DNA of 64,000 nt from a virus (lineage: Duplodnaviria; Caudoviricetes): the IMG/VR virus record IMGVR_UViG_2930438282_000003, positions 32,001 to 96,000 of that record; one strand, written 5' to 3'. The position numbers and the translations under genes are program-made. Of the stretch, positions 39,415-49,238 are shown piece by piece (the stretch's first letter is position 1; each line of letters opens with the position of its first letter). Under the pieces are notes generated by a model. The model saw only the letters and a program-made list of their open reading frames with translations, was not told the DNA's origin and did no database searches.

Positions 39415-40127
39415 CCGTGGAACTCCCGGACATCGTTGTGCCGGTGCGTGAGGGGGCCGTCAACCAGCAGCTCAGGTACGCCCTGCGCTCCTGGGAGGCG
39501 AACCTCCCGCACCGGCGCGTGTGGATCATCGGCTACCGGCCGCAATGGCTCGGTGGTGTCGGCTTCATCCCGACCCGGCAGGCCGGCCGGACGAAGTACG
39601 CCAACACCACGCTGGCGATGCGGCACGCCTGCAGGAGCACGGAGATCTCCGACCCGTTCCTGTACGCCAACGACGACATGTTCGTCATGGAGCCCCTCGA
39701 GTCCATGCCGGTCCTGCACCGGGGGCCGGTCCGCGAGGTGGAGGAGTACTACGCGGCCTGGGCCTCCGGGTCGTACCTGCGGGGCATGCGGGAGACCCGC
39801 GACCTCCTCGTCCAGTACGGGCACGAGGACCCGCTCTCGTACGAACTCCACGTCCCGCTCCTCGTCGACAAGCCGGGCATGCTCCACGCCCTGGAGAGCG
39901 GCCGCCGCCTGGACGTGCTCCACAAGCGCACGGCCTACGGGAACCTCGCCCAGGTCGGCGGGGAGCGGATCGCCGACGTGAAGGTCCTGCACCGCGGGCC
40001 CCGCTTCGACAGGTCAACGCCGTTCCTGTCGACCATGCCCGACAGCTTCACCAACGGCGAGGTCGGGCGCCTGATCCGCACCTCGTTCCCGAAGGCCTCC
40101 AGATACGAGACGACTCGGAGGCGCTGA
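39411..40127 (+). CDS. Stealth-like (glycosyl-phosphate transferase-like) protein
   Basis: QLRYALRSW and FLYANDDMF resemble Stealth CR2 motifs; YELHVP resembles the conserved HxP; coupled to both neighbouring genes. Confidence 0.6.
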   Translation: MTVELPDIVVPVREGAVNQQLRYALRSWEANLPHRRVWIIGYRPQWLGGVGFIPTRQAGRTKYANTTLAMRHACRSTEISDPFLYANDDMFVMEPLESMPVLHRGPVREVEEYYAAWASGSYLRGMRETRDLLVQYGHEDPLSYELHVPLLVDKPGMLHALESGRRLDVLHKRTAYGNLAQVGGERIADVKVLHRGPRFDRSTPFLSTMPDSFTNGEVGRLIRTSFPKASRYETTRRR

Positions 40128-40933
40128 TGCCACTCCAGACAGGCCCGTGCGAACCCTGGGGCCCCTTGGAACTGTGCTGCGACGTCGCCGACGTCGACGA
40201 GGCGGTCATCGATCGGTGGCACCGCGTCGCCTCACAGATCCTCTTTGCCCTGTCCGGCCGACGCTATGGCCCGTGCCCGGTCACGGTGCGGCCGTGCCGC
40301 CGGGCCTGTCTGGAGTCCGCCCCGGTCTCCTTCCAGGCTGGCGTGGGGACGGGCCCGTGGATCCCGTACATCGGTGTCGACGGGCAGTGGCGCAACGCGT
40401 CGGTGTGCGGCTGCCGATCCGACTGCTCTTGCGGGGAGCTGTGCGAGGTACAGCTGCCCGGGCCGGTCTTCGACGTGACCGAGGTAAGCGTCGACGGCCA
40501 GGTCCTCGACCCCGAGCAGTACCGCGTCGACGCCCCGAACAAGCTGGTGCGAGTCGGTGGCGGCTGCTGGCCGGACTGCCAGGACATGGCCGCCATGCCC
40601 GGCGAACCAGACACCTTCGTCGTCACGTACCGGCTGGGCCTGCCCCTCGACGAGGCGGCGATCGCAGCCGTCAGCGAGCTGACCTGTCACCTCTTGAAGG
40701 GCTGCGGCGGAGGCTCGTGCGGCTGCAAGGCCACCCCGCGCGCCGCCACCCGCTTCATCCGGCAAGGCGTCGAGCTGGACTTCACCGACCCGGCCGTCAT
40801 GTACAAGGAAGGCCGCACCGGCCTTCCGCTCACAGACCTGTGGTTGATGACCACCAATCCCTACCGGCTTGCGTCGCCGTCCCGTGTGTACTCGCCAGAC
40901 TGGAAGCCACCCAGGACGACGACATGGCCCTGA
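40127..40933 (+). CDS. Head-to-tail adaptor
   Basis: TGATG overlap. ILFALSGRRYGPCPVTVRPC, WPDCQD and RQGV...GRTGLPLTDLW..NPY. Confidence 0.75.
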   Translation: MPLQTGPCEPWGPLELCCDVADVDEAVIDRWHRVASQILFALSGRRYGPCPVTVRPCRRACLESAPVSFQAGVGTGPWIPYIGVDGQWRNASVCGCRSDCSCGELCEVQLPGPVFDVTEVSVDGQVLDPEQYRVDAPNKLVRVGGGCWPDCQDMAAMPGEPDTFVVTYRLGLPLDEAAIAAVSELTCHLLKGCGGGSCGCKATPRAATRFIRQGVELDFTDPAVMYKEGRTGLPLTDLWLMTTNPYRLASPSRVYSPDWKPPRTTTWP

Positions 40934-40935
40934 CT

Positions 40936-41676
40936 TCAGCTCAGGTGGGCCCAGCGCTTCCCGTTCACGATCATGGACAGGAGCGCGCGGCTCACGCCGT
41001 GCTCGGCTGCGAGGGCTTTCTGCGTGACGTCCCTCGCCGCCCACCGCTCCCTGATGGTGCGCACCTGCCTTTCCGTCAGGACAGCGCTGGTGCACTCCTC
41101 GCCACGGCGCGGCTTGATGACCAAGCGTCCAGCCTGGACGGCGTCCAGCCTGTTTTGCGCCTTGTCACCCAGGTAGAGATGCCGGATGTTGATGCATCCG
41201 TGCGCGCCCGACCCGCCATTGCAGCGGTGCAAGACGTGCGCCTCTCCGGGGTCGCCGTGTCGGATGATCCACACGACTCGCGAGGCGAACATGATCTTGC
41301 CTTCGAACGGGACGCTGGGACGGATGGCGTACCCGTCGAGGAACACGCACTCGTCGGTGGTGGCGTAGGCGGCGGCTCGGAGGTCGTTGACCAGGGTGCG
41401 CTTGGCGCGCGTTGCGGTGATCAGTGGATCTCCGTGGATCCGGCCACGCCTGAAGTGCATGTTGCACATCCCCCGTGCGACGTGGGCCTTGGTGCACTTG
41501 GCTCCGCGCTCGACCACTGTGCATTTGCCGTCAACGGGCGGCTTGGAGAGGCGCTGTCGTCCCGCTGGATCCTTCCCCGGGTTCTTCTGCGACCACTGCC
41601 AGCAGGCGGAGCAGAGGCTCCGTCGAAGGCGTCCGGTGTTGGTGCAGTCAGAGACGCTGCACGTACCCTGTGGCAA
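40936..41676 (-). CDS. Free-standing HNH homing endonuclease
   Basis: N-terminal CxxxxC..CxxC/H zinc repeats; HVLHRC..CINIRHLYLGDKAQN; C-terminal HTH TQKALAAEHGVSRALLSMIV; antisense within the operon. Confidence 0.85.
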   Translation of the reverse strand: MPQGTCSVSDCTNTGRLRRSLCSACWQWSQKNPGKDPAGRQRLSKPPVDGKCTVVERGAKCTKAHVARGMCNMHFRRGRIHGDPLITATRAKRTLVNDLRAAAYATTDECVFLDGYAIRPSVPFEGKIMFASRVVWIIRHGDPGEAHVLHRCNGGSGAHGCINIRHLYLGDKAQNRLDAVQAGRLVIKPRRGEECTSAVLTERQVRTIRERWAARDVTQKALAAEHGVSRALLSMIVNGKRWAHLS

Positions 41677-41773
41677 GTCGACTCCTACTCAGTCGGCGTG
41701 ACCCCCGGGCTGGCGCCCATCGCCGCCTGGGGGTCGGTGCGTTACACCCCAAATCGTACGGAAGGGGTGTGAC

Positions 41774-42355
41774 ATGGCTCTGAGTCTGGATGCCGTCCAC
41801 GGGACGGCCGAGAAGATCCTGGCCTGTGTCTGCGCGACGCTCGCGGAGACTTCGGCGAAGGACCCGGATCAGCCGGGCTGCCCGGACTGCACGACGTGCG
41901 TGGTGCCGGGCACGCCGGCGTGGGACAACTGCACCGGCGACTGCTCGGGCGCCCAGACGCCAGGCCAGCTCACCGTCAACCTGGCCCGGCTCACCCCGAC
42001 GTCCTCGTTCCCGAACGAGTCCCGCGACGTCATCGGAAGCCGGAACTGCCAGCCCGTCAGGACCTCAGCGGAGTACGTCATCACGCTGCTGCGGTGCGCG
42101 CCGACCTATAACGAGCAGGGCTGCCCGCCCACCTGCGAGGAGCAGGCGGCAGCCGCGCGGATCCTCCACACGGACGCGGCGTCGATCTGGAATGCCGTGA
42201 TGTGCTGCTTCCCGGAGACGAGCGACGCGCGGCGCGGCCAGCAGTTCGTGATGGGCCAGCAGCGCGTCGTCGGCCCCGAGGGGCAGTGCGTCGGCATCGA
42301 GCAGCGGCTGACGGTGCTGCTGCCTTCCTGCGGATGCCCGGAGGAGTCGTCGTGA
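41774..42355 (+). CDS. Cys-rich tail completion/terminator-like protein
   Basis: VVPGTPAWDNC..GQLTV, ITLLRCAP and GPEGQCVG; position after the adaptor. Confidence 0.65.
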   Translation: MALSLDAVHGTAEKILACVCATLAETSAKDPDQPGCPDCTTCVVPGTPAWDNCTGDCSGAQTPGQLTVNLARLTPTSSFPNESRDVIGSRNCQPVRTSAEYVITLLRCAPTYNEQGCPPTCEEQAAAARILHTDAASIWNAVMCCFPETSDARRGQQFVMGQQRVVGPEGQCVGIEQRLTVLLPSCGCPEESS

Positions 42356-42729
42356 GCGTCGACGTGCGGATCGAGCAAGGCCGGCTGTCACGGTTCCTGC
42401 GACTGCGCGGCGGCATCGTGGAACGCCGGCTCGCCACGCGTACGGCCCGGGTCGCCGACTATGCCCGAGCCGAAGCCCCCGGGCACATGGGCGAGTACGT
42501 CGACTGGCACATCACCGAAGGTGCCCGCGGCCTGGAGGGTGTCATCACCTGCGATCACCCTGCGGTCCGATTCGTCATCGAGGGCACCCGCCCCCACATC
42601 ATCCGTCCCCGAAGTGCCAAGGCCCTGCGTTTCGAGGTCGACGGCCAGGTGGTGTATTCGGCGCTCGTCCGGCACCCAGGGACGAGGGCGAATAATTTCC
42701 TGGCGAGGGCACTCCGCCTTGGGCGTTGA
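42352..42729 (+). CDS. Neck/tail completion protein (HK97 gp10-like)
   Basis: GTGA overlap; GTRPHIIRPRSAKALRF...VRHPGTRANNFLARAL. Confidence 0.7.
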   Translation: MSVDVRIEQGRLSRFLRLRGGIVERRLATRTARVADYARAEAPGHMGEYVDWHITEGARGLEGVITCDHPAVRFVIEGTRPHIIRPRSAKALRFEVDGQVVYSALVRHPGTRANNFLARALRLGR

Positions 42730-43480
42730 GATCTCTATACGCGGCCATCACAAACTCCGCACGGGCCGCCGTGAGGGACGTGCTCACTTGCGTCATGTTA
42801 ATCGGTTGAATCGTCATGGCCACGATTGAGCCGATGTAATCGGCATCCAGCCCAGAGACTAGCGACAGTGCCTGCTGCGCATCACGCTTGGCTTCTTCCA
42901 CTTCGGGGGGCAGTTCGGACCCCTGGTCAAACTGACCACGGGCAACCACCCGAAGACGGTTGATGGAGACACGGACGTGTGTGACGAGCGAGTGCTCCGC
43001 CTCGCTTGCCCATCGATCAAAGATGCTATGCGCGCGTTGATATTCTGACCACTTAACCTTGTCTGTGGCGTACTGCACTACTGCCGATAGCAAATCGACA
43101 GCAGGGCCATACAGGTCGGCCGATTCGAGGCGCACGACCCAGCACGCAATCTCTGCCCGTAAGAGCGTTTCTTTTAGCGTCGACTCGGCCTCCCGAATGG
43201 TTTCATCTGCCGTGGACGATTCCTCTGTCGGCAGAGTGAGCCGTTCTATGTTCGACGTGACAACCAAGTACTCCACGTACGCGTCCCGCCGAACAGTGCG
43301 ACGCCATTGATCAAGGTTGGCAGCTGCCGTTGCCTCCGCAGCGTCGACGGCCGCCCGATACGTCGACTCCGCTGTACGTATCCCCGCCTTCATCTGCCAA
43401 CGACCGACGACCATCGCTGCCGGTATGCCGAATAACGTGACCGCCGCTGCCGATACCGCTCCGATGCCCGCTAGATCCAC
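42599..43480 (-). CDS. Cargo membrane-anchored hypothetical protein
   Basis: Likely start GTG 43480 (MDLAGIGAVSAAAVTLFG...QWRRTVRRDAYVEYL); lower GC; its 3' end overlaps the neck gene. Confidence 0.6.
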   Translation of the reverse strand: MDLAGIGAVSAAAVTLFGIPAAMVVGRWQMKAGIRTAESTYRAAVDAAEATAAANLDQWRRTVRRDAYVEYLVVTSNIERLTLPTEESSTADETIREAESTLKETLLRAEIACWVVRLESADLYGPAVDLLSAVVQYATDKVKWSEYQRAHSIFDRWASEAEHSLVTHVRVSINRLRVVARGQFDQGSELPPEVEEAKRDAQQALSLVSGLDADYIGSIVAMTIQPINMTQVSTSLTAARAEFVMAAYRDLNAQGGVPSPGNYSPSSLGAGRAPNTPPGRRPRNAGPWHFGDG

Positions 43481-43551
43481 GGTCGCATCCTGCCGTACTA
43501 CTAGCTGTGTCGTGAGCCTTCCTGGCAAGGTCTCCAGACACGGCTTGCAGC

Positions 43552-43615
43552 TACTCTTGCTCGGCACGCCGCTGGTTTTGGGCCGGGCGTTCGCGCGGGA
43601 GACAAGGGCACGCCC
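43552..43615 (+). promoter_or_regulatory. Conserved leader copy 5 (before tail chaperone)
   Basis: TACTCT 43552; GCCGCTGGTTTTGGGCCGGGC 43568-43588; GGGCGT/ACGCCC stem closes directly before the GTG. Confidence 0.85.
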
Positions 43616-44170
43616 GTGGCAGAGAAACTGTTCAGCTTCAACACCCAGCCGCACGTGGCGAAGCTCGGCGACAGCGCCGAGCTCCACTTCATCCCGGAAG
43701 TGTTCGGGGACCAGTTCCTGGACGGCTACAAGAAGATCCAGGACGCCCGGGAGAAGATCAGCGGCCAGACGGACCTGACGGCCCTGTCGTCGGAGGAGCT
43801 GCGGTCGCTGTACGCGGCGATGCGGACTTTCCTGGCCGGGCTGATGACGCCCGAGTCGGCGGCGGAGTTCCTCCGCTTCGAGGTCATCAAGGGCGGCAAG
43901 ACGGTCGCGGACTTCCGGTCCCGGGACGAGGCCGACGCCCACGCGGCCACCGTCACCGGGGCGAGGGTGGAGGACAAGTCGATGCGGCTGCCGGACCGCG
44001 TCCTCACCGAGCTGCTGGAGTGGGTCACCGAGCTGTACGGGGGCGGTGATAGCCGCCCTACTGGACCGTCGAGCGGATCCTCGCGAGCGTCGCGGAGGGC
44101 TGGGGCTCCTTCGAAGGCCAGCTCGCGCTCCAAGGGGTCGACGTCCACGCGTGGCGCCTCCGCACGCTGA
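43616..44170 (+). CDS. Tail assembly chaperone
   Basis: Precedes the tape measure; LLEWVTELYGG..RPT followed by a low-complexity tail. Confidence 0.7.
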   Translation: MAEKLFSFNTQPHVAKLGDSAELHFIPEVFGDQFLDGYKKIQDAREKISGQTDLTALSSEELRSLYAAMRTFLAGLMTPESAAEFLRFEVIKGGKTVADFRSRDEADAHAATVTGARVEDKSMRLPDRVLTELLEWVTELYGGGDSRPTGPSSGSSRASRRAGAPSKASSRSKGSTSTRGASAR

Positions 44171-44385
44171 TCAACGCGGCTGAGGCGGCGATGTACATGG
44201 CCGCCGACGACGACGCCGAGCGGAACAGGATCCGGGCGAAGCTGTACGCGCCTCCGAAGACGAGACGGCAGCCGAACCCGAACGGGCCACGCCCCCAGCG
44301 GCCGGGCACGGGCATGAAACGCGGCGACGCGATGGCCCTGATGGCGCAGCTGGCGGCACAGGACGCCCAGCTCGGCGCGGGGTGA
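44053..44385 (+). CDS. Tail assembly chaperone extension (-1 frame)
   Basis: The -1 frame opens right after TGA TAG (44047-44052): PYWTVERILASVAEGWGSFEGQLALQGVD...RAKLYAPP. Confidence 0.6.
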   Translation, partial: PPYWTVERILASVAEGWGSFEGQLALQGVDVHAWRLRTLINAAEAAMYMAADDDAERNRIRAKLYAPPKTRRQPNPNGPRPQRPGTGMKRGDAMALMAQLAAQDAQLGAG

Positions 44386-44391
44386 ACCGGC

Positions 44392-44452
44392 TAGTCTGAG
44401 ATCGCCGCTGGTTCTGGGCCGGGCATCATCACGACCTTCGTGAGGGTGCCCG
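44392..44452 (+). promoter_or_regulatory. Conserved leader copy 6 (before tape measure)
   Basis: TAGTCT 44392; GCCGCTGGTTCTGGGCCGGGC 44404-44424; hairpin GGGCAT..TCACGA/TCGTGA..GTGCCC covers the GAGG RBS. Confidence 0.88.
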
Positions 44453-47400
44453 ATGGCCGGCGAGGATATCGACTACGGCCGCGCGGTCATCCGGATCGAC
44501 GTCGACGACCGCGACGCCGAATCCGATGGCCGGGTTGCCGGAACGCAGCTCCAGCGGGCGCTACTCCGCTCGACGCGGCGCATCGGCGAGCAGATCCACC
44601 GCCAGATCCAGCGGGGTCTGAACGCCACGGCGCTCACGGTGCGGGTCGAGCCGGATCTGCGGCGCTTCGATGCGCAGTTGCTGAACGGGCTGCGGGGGAT
44701 CGATTCCCTGAACGTCCCGGTGGTGCCGGACGTCACCGGGTTCGAGGAGCGGCTCCGTGCCCTGCTGGCGGGCATTGAGATCCCGGTCCGTGTCGTCCCC
44801 GACCTCGATGACTTCGACGCGCGTATCCGGGCGCACAGGCCGCCGGATGTCACGGTCCGCGCGAACGTCGACGTCGATTCCGACCGGCTCACCCGCTCTC
44901 TCGCCCGCCTGGGCGGGATCGCGAGCCGCGTCGGTGGGGCCCTGAGCGGCCTGCTGCGCCTGGGGGCGATCGGTATCGCTGCGGCGAGCGCCGCCCAGGG
45001 CGTTGCGGTGTTGGGGGCGGCGCTCGCCCCGGCCCTGGGGATCATCGCCGCGGGTCCGGCTGCGATCGCCGGGTTCCAGGCCGCGCTGGGTGCGTTGAAG
45101 CTCGCGCTGATGGGCGTCAGTGACGCCTTCTCCGCCGCACTGACCGGTGCCGCCGATGAGTTCCAGAAGTCGCTGGAGAACCTGTCGCCCGCCGCGCAGG
45201 CAGCGGCCCGCGAGGTCCGCGCTCTCAAGCCCGCTTTCGACAACCTCCGTAACAGCGTCCAGGACGCGTTCTTCGAGAAGATCGAAGGGGACATCACCCG
45301 CACCGCGAACGCCCTGAAGGGGCCGCTGAAGTCGGGGCTGACGAGCATCTCCGCCGCGTGGGGTGCCGCCGCCAAAGGTGCTCTCGGCTACGTGCAGGGC
45401 GCCCAGGGCGTCGCCAACGTCAAGTCGATCCTGGGCGGCACCGCGCAAGCCGTCAACGGCCTGTCGCAGACGACGAACAAGCTCACCGCGGGCCTTCTGC
45501 AGGTGGCCGCCGTCATCTCCCAGCGGTTCGGCGGTGAACTCGAAAGCGGCATCTCCCGGCTCGGTGAGCGCTTCGGCACCTTCCTGCAGGAAGCGGCCCA
45601 GGGCGGCGACGCGGTCCGCTGGGTCGACAACGCGCTCACCGTGTTCGCGCAGCTCGGCGGTATCGCGCAAAACGTCGGGAGCATTCTGAGCGGCGTCTTC
45701 CAGGCCGCCAACACCTCTGGCGGGGGCCTGCTCAACAACATCCAGACGATCACCGGCGCGTTCTCCGACTTCGTCAACTCGGCCGCCGGTCAGACGGCGA
45801 TCACGAACGTCCTCCGCACCGTCGCCCAGATCGCGGCGCAGCTCGGCCCGATCCTGTCGGCGCTGGTCACACAGCTCGGGGGGATCGCTCCCGCTCTCGG
45901 CCCGATCTTCACCGCGCTCGGGCCCGTCTTGGTCAACCTCATCAACGCGCTCGGCCCGGCCCTTGCGCAGATCGCGCCCGCGCTGGCGACGGTTGGCCAG
46001 GCCCTCGCCGAAGGCCTCGGCCAGATCGACTTCGGGCCGCTGGGGACGGCGATCGCCTCCGCCGTCAGCGCCCTGGCGCCTCTTCTGCCGCTCGCCGGGC
46101 AGCTCGTGACCGTCCTGGCCCAGGCCCTCGCTCCAACCCTTCAGGTCCTGGCTGCTGCTCTCGCGCCGGTCATCTCCTCGCTGGTCGACGCGCTGATGCC
46201 GGTTCTTCCGCCCCTGACGCAGGCGTTCGTGACGCTGGTTCAGGCTCTGATGCCGCTGGCCACGGGCATCGGCCAGGCGCTGGCGTCGCTGATCGGCGGT
46301 CTCGCCCCGGTGATGCTCAGCCTGGGTCAGGCCCTCGCTCAGGTCGCGACCGCTCTGGCACCGGTCATCACGCAGCTCGTCGGCGCGCTGCTGCCCGCTC
46401 TACCGCCCATCGTCGACGCTCTGAACGCGCTGCTCCAGGCGCTGATCCCGCTCCTGCCGTCCCTGGCCGGACTGATCGCTGCTGTGGCGCCACTGGTCGT
46501 CATGATCATCCGGCTTGTGGCGCCGGTCCTGCAGATCGCCGCGGCGTTCGCCTCGTGGGTCGTGATCAACGCGGTCGTGCCGATCATCCAGGGCGTCGTC
46601 GGGGTCCTCACCGGCCTGGTGTCCGGCGTCTCCTCGGTGATCACGTTCATCACCCAGCTGCCCGGCCTGATCATGTCCGGGCTGTCCTCGTTGGGCTCGC
46701 TGCTGGCGTCGTTCTTCTCCGGCCTCTTCACGACCGTCGGCACGTACCTGACCACCGGATTCCAGGCCGTGGTCGGTTTCTTCACCCAGCTCCCGGGGCT
46801 GATCCTCGCCGGACTGCAGGCCCTGCCCGGGCTGCTGATCAACGCGTTCACCACTGCCATCGCCGCCGTGGGAATCGCCATCCTCACCGCGATCGCCGCG
46901 ATCGTGTTCATCTTCACCGAGCTGCCTGGCCGGATCGCCAGCGCCCTCGTATCGCTGGGCGCCACGATCATCAGCGCCTTCACCTCCGGGTTCAGCGCGG
47001 CGACATCGGCGATTGGCTCGTTCATCTCCTCCGCCGCGTCGTTTTTCGCCCCACTGCCCGGGCGGATCGCCGGTGTGCTGGCCGCCCTCCCGGGCCGGCT
47101 GGCGTCCATGTTCCGGTCGGCGGGCTCGTCCGCGCTGGGCGCCGCCCAGTCGTTCGGCTCGTCGGTCGTCAGCTTCTTCTCCGGGCTGCCCGGCAGGATC
47201 GCGAGCGCCCTGTCCAGCGTCGGCAGCCGCCTCGCTGGCGTCTTCCGAAGTGCTGCCGGTTCCGCGCGCAGCGCCGTATCGAGCCTGATCTCAGGCATCG
47301 TGTCGCTGTTCTCCGGGCTCGGTAGCCGGATCGTGGGGGCGCTCGGCAACATCGGCGGCCAGATCGTCAGCAAGATCAAGAGCGGACTGCCATCGGCGGT

Positions 47401-47698
47401 ACGGAAGTACCTGCCGTTTGCCGAGGGAGGCATCGTCTACGGCCCCACCCACGCCCTGGTCGGTGAGGCCGGGCCGGAGGTCATCATCCCGCTGACGAAG
47501 CCGCAACGCGCCCGGCAACTGGCGGAGCGCTCCGGGCTCCTGGACATGCTCGGCGCCGCCCCGAAGGGCGGCGGCTCCTCGAGCGCCCCTGAGGGGACGG
47601 TCATCCACCAGACGTTCCACATCACCGAGGTCGGCAACGCCCGCACGACGGCGCACCGTGTCTCGACCCGGCTCGCGCTTGAAGCAGGAGTGATCTGA
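44453..47698 (+). CDS. Tape measure protein
   Basis: 1081 aa of Ala/Leu/Gly-rich amphipathic repeats; C-terminal FAEGGIV.GPT.ALVGEAGPEVIIPL. Confidence 0.9.
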   Translation: MAGEDIDYGRAVIRIDVDDRDAESDGRVAGTQLQRALLRSTRRIGEQIHRQIQRGLNATALTVRVEPDLRRFDAQLLNGLRGIDSLNVPVVPDVTGFEERLRALLAGIEIPVRVVPDLDDFDARIRAHRPPDVTVRANVDVDSDRLTRSLARLGGIASRVGGALSGLLRLGAIGIAAASAAQGVAVLGAALAPALGIIAAGPAAIAGFQAALGALKLALMGVSDAFSAALTGAADEFQKSLENLSPAAQAAAREVRALKPAFDNLRNSVQDAFFEKIEGDITRTANALKGPLKSGLTSISAAWGAAAKGALGYVQGAQGVANVKSILGGTAQAVNGLSQTTNKLTAGLLQVAAVISQRFGGELESGISRLGERFGTFLQEAAQGGDAVRWVDNALTVFAQLGGIAQNVGSILSGVFQAANTSGGGLLNNIQTITGAFSDFVNSAAGQTAITNVLRTVAQIAAQLGPILSALVTQLGGIAPALGPIFTALGPVLVNLINALGPALAQIAPALATVGQALAEGLGQIDFGPLGTAIASAVSALAPLLPLAGQLVTVLAQALAPTLQVLAAALAPVISSLVDALMPVLPPLTQAFVTLVQALMPLATGIGQALASLIGGLAPVMLSLGQALAQVATALAPVITQLVGALLPALPPIVDALNALLQALIPLLPSLAGLIAAVAPLVVMIIRLVAPVLQIAAAFASWVVINAVVPIIQGVVGVLTGLVSGVSSVITFITQLPGLIMSGLSSLGSLLASFFSGLFTTVGTYLTTGFQAVVGFFTQLPGLILAGLQALPGLLINAFTTAIAAVGIAILTAIAAIVFIFTELPGRIASALVSLGATIISAFTSGFSAATSAIGSFISSAASFFAPLPGRIAGVLAALPGRLASMFRSAGSSALGAAQSFGSSVVSFFSGLPGRIASALSSVGSRLAGVFRSAAGSARSAVSSLISGIVSLFSGLGSRIVGALGNIGGQIVSKIKSGLPSAVRKYLPFAEGGIVYGPTHALVGEAGPEVIIPLTKPQRARQLAERSGLLDMLGAAPKGGGSSSAPEGTVIHQTFHITEVGNARTTAHRVSTRLALEAGVI

Positions 47699-49014
47699 TG
47701 GCCCTGACCGACTACCTGACCGTGGGCGGCGTCGAGGTCGCCAACCACGCCCGGCTGAACACCTACTTGCAGACGGTCGGCTCGCCGCTGGACAGCACGT
47801 CGATCTGCTCGTGCGAGACGCTCACCGCGGAGGTCTTCGGCGAGCTGCCGTACACGACGCCCGAAGAGGACGAGGCGCCCTGGTACGACGCGGACGTGCC
47901 CGAGAGTAATGAGTTCGCTGGTCTGCTGGTGCTGTCCGTCGAGGGCCTGGACGAGAACCCGGTGAAGCGCAGCGTCACCAACTCCGTCGCCGGGGGCGGG
48001 TCGATCGGCCCGGCTCGCGTGATGCCGCGCACCATTACCGTCACCGGAGTCCTTCTCGGCTCCACCTGTTGTGGCGTCGAGTACGGCTTCCACTGGCTCA
48101 CCGAGGCTCTGCAGGGTTGCACGGGCGGCCAGTGCGACGGCGACTGCGTGACGCTCTACAGCTGCTGCCCGGGCGCAGGCATGGACGCGGACACCTTCAA
48201 CGCCAAGCATCGGCGCACCCTTCGCCGTGTCGCCCTCGTCGACGGCCCCCGTGTCATCTCCCGCGCCGGGGACGGCTGCACCTCGGGGGAGTGCCAGACC
48301 GGCGCCGACCTCCTCACCGTGGAGTTCAGCCTCGTCGCGGCCACGCCGTGGCTGTGGACCGACGCCATGGAGGTCATGCAGGTGGTGCCGCCTGTCGACC
48401 TGGACGGCGGCTGCGTCACCTGGTGCCTGCACCCGCCCGGCGGCGCGGGCTGTGACGGGCCGTGCAGGTTCGCACCCTGCGTCGACGCCACCGCGCACTG
48501 CGCAGACCCGCGCTGCCAGCCGCCCGCACCGCCCGTGCCAGTCGCGCCCGATACCTGCTTCTGCCTGCCGCTGGCGGTCGAGACGTCGTTCTACGACGTG
48601 GATCTGACAAGCCGGCCGAGTTGGTCGGTCGACGCCCCCGTCATCACGCTGTCGGCAGGCTCGACCGACCTGCGGAACATCACGATCGAGTTCTTCGAAC
48701 GCAGCCCCAACGACACGGGCCTGACCTGCGAAGAAGCCGCCGCCCAGTACCGGTGCTCGCCGCACTCGACGTACCACGTTGCGTTCGTCCCCGCGGGCGG
48801 CGCGGTCACGCTGGACGGGCAGGTCGGCCGGGCCTTCGTCGAATGCGGCGGCACCTGCGAGGCCAGCCCCGACGTGTACGGCCGTGATGGACAACCACCG
48901 TCCTGGGCAATGCTGGGCTGCGCAACGTACTGCCTGGCGATCTCCAGCGACGTCGCGAACCCACCGTCCCCGGAGGCACTCATCACCGTCAACGTCTCTG
49001 GCAGGGGCTACTAA
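47698..49014 (+). CDS. Cys-rich minor tail (distal tail-like) protein
   Basis: TGATG overlap after the tape measure; EVANHAR, APWYDAD.PES.EF.G and LVAATPW. Confidence 0.75.
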   Translation: MALTDYLTVGGVEVANHARLNTYLQTVGSPLDSTSICSCETLTAEVFGELPYTTPEEDEAPWYDADVPESNEFAGLLVLSVEGLDENPVKRSVTNSVAGGGSIGPARVMPRTITVTGVLLGSTCCGVEYGFHWLTEALQGCTGGQCDGDCVTLYSCCPGAGMDADTFNAKHRRTLRRVALVDGPRVISRAGDGCTSGECQTGADLLTVEFSLVAATPWLWTDAMEVMQVVPPVDLDGGCVTWCLHPPGGAGCDGPCRFAPCVDATAHCADPRCQPPAPPVPVAPDTCFCLPLAVETSFYDVDLTSRPSWSVDAPVITLSAGSTDLRNITIEFFERSPNDTGLTCEEAAAQYRCSPHSTYHVAFVPAGGAVTLDGQVGRAFVECGGTCEASPDVYGRDGQPPSWAMLGCATYCLAISSDVANPPSPEALITVNVSGRGY

Positions 49015-49238
49015 GACCGTGTCGTACTTCTTGCACGAGCTGCGCAACCGTGTCCGCACCCAGGTCATCCAGACGATCGAAGTGAACGGGTACTTCGCGG
49101 TAACGAAGTACACCCGAAGCTTCCTGTGCCGTTGATCATCAAGGATGGGGGGACGGGTTATCGCGTGCAGGATCCATTGCTAGCGTCGGCATATGCCGTG
49201 CCGACCGGTACGGCGTGTCGTCCGACCGAGAGAGACTG

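Noticed and set aside
40936-41773. HNH cassette as a group I intron
   Set aside because: The ORF is antisense, both flanking genes are complete, and no intron core elements were recognised.
49011-49120. Possible IS end and hairpin GTACTTCG/CGAAGTAC after the distal tail gene
   Set aside because: No partner inverted repeat or transposase found; at most a weak terminator.
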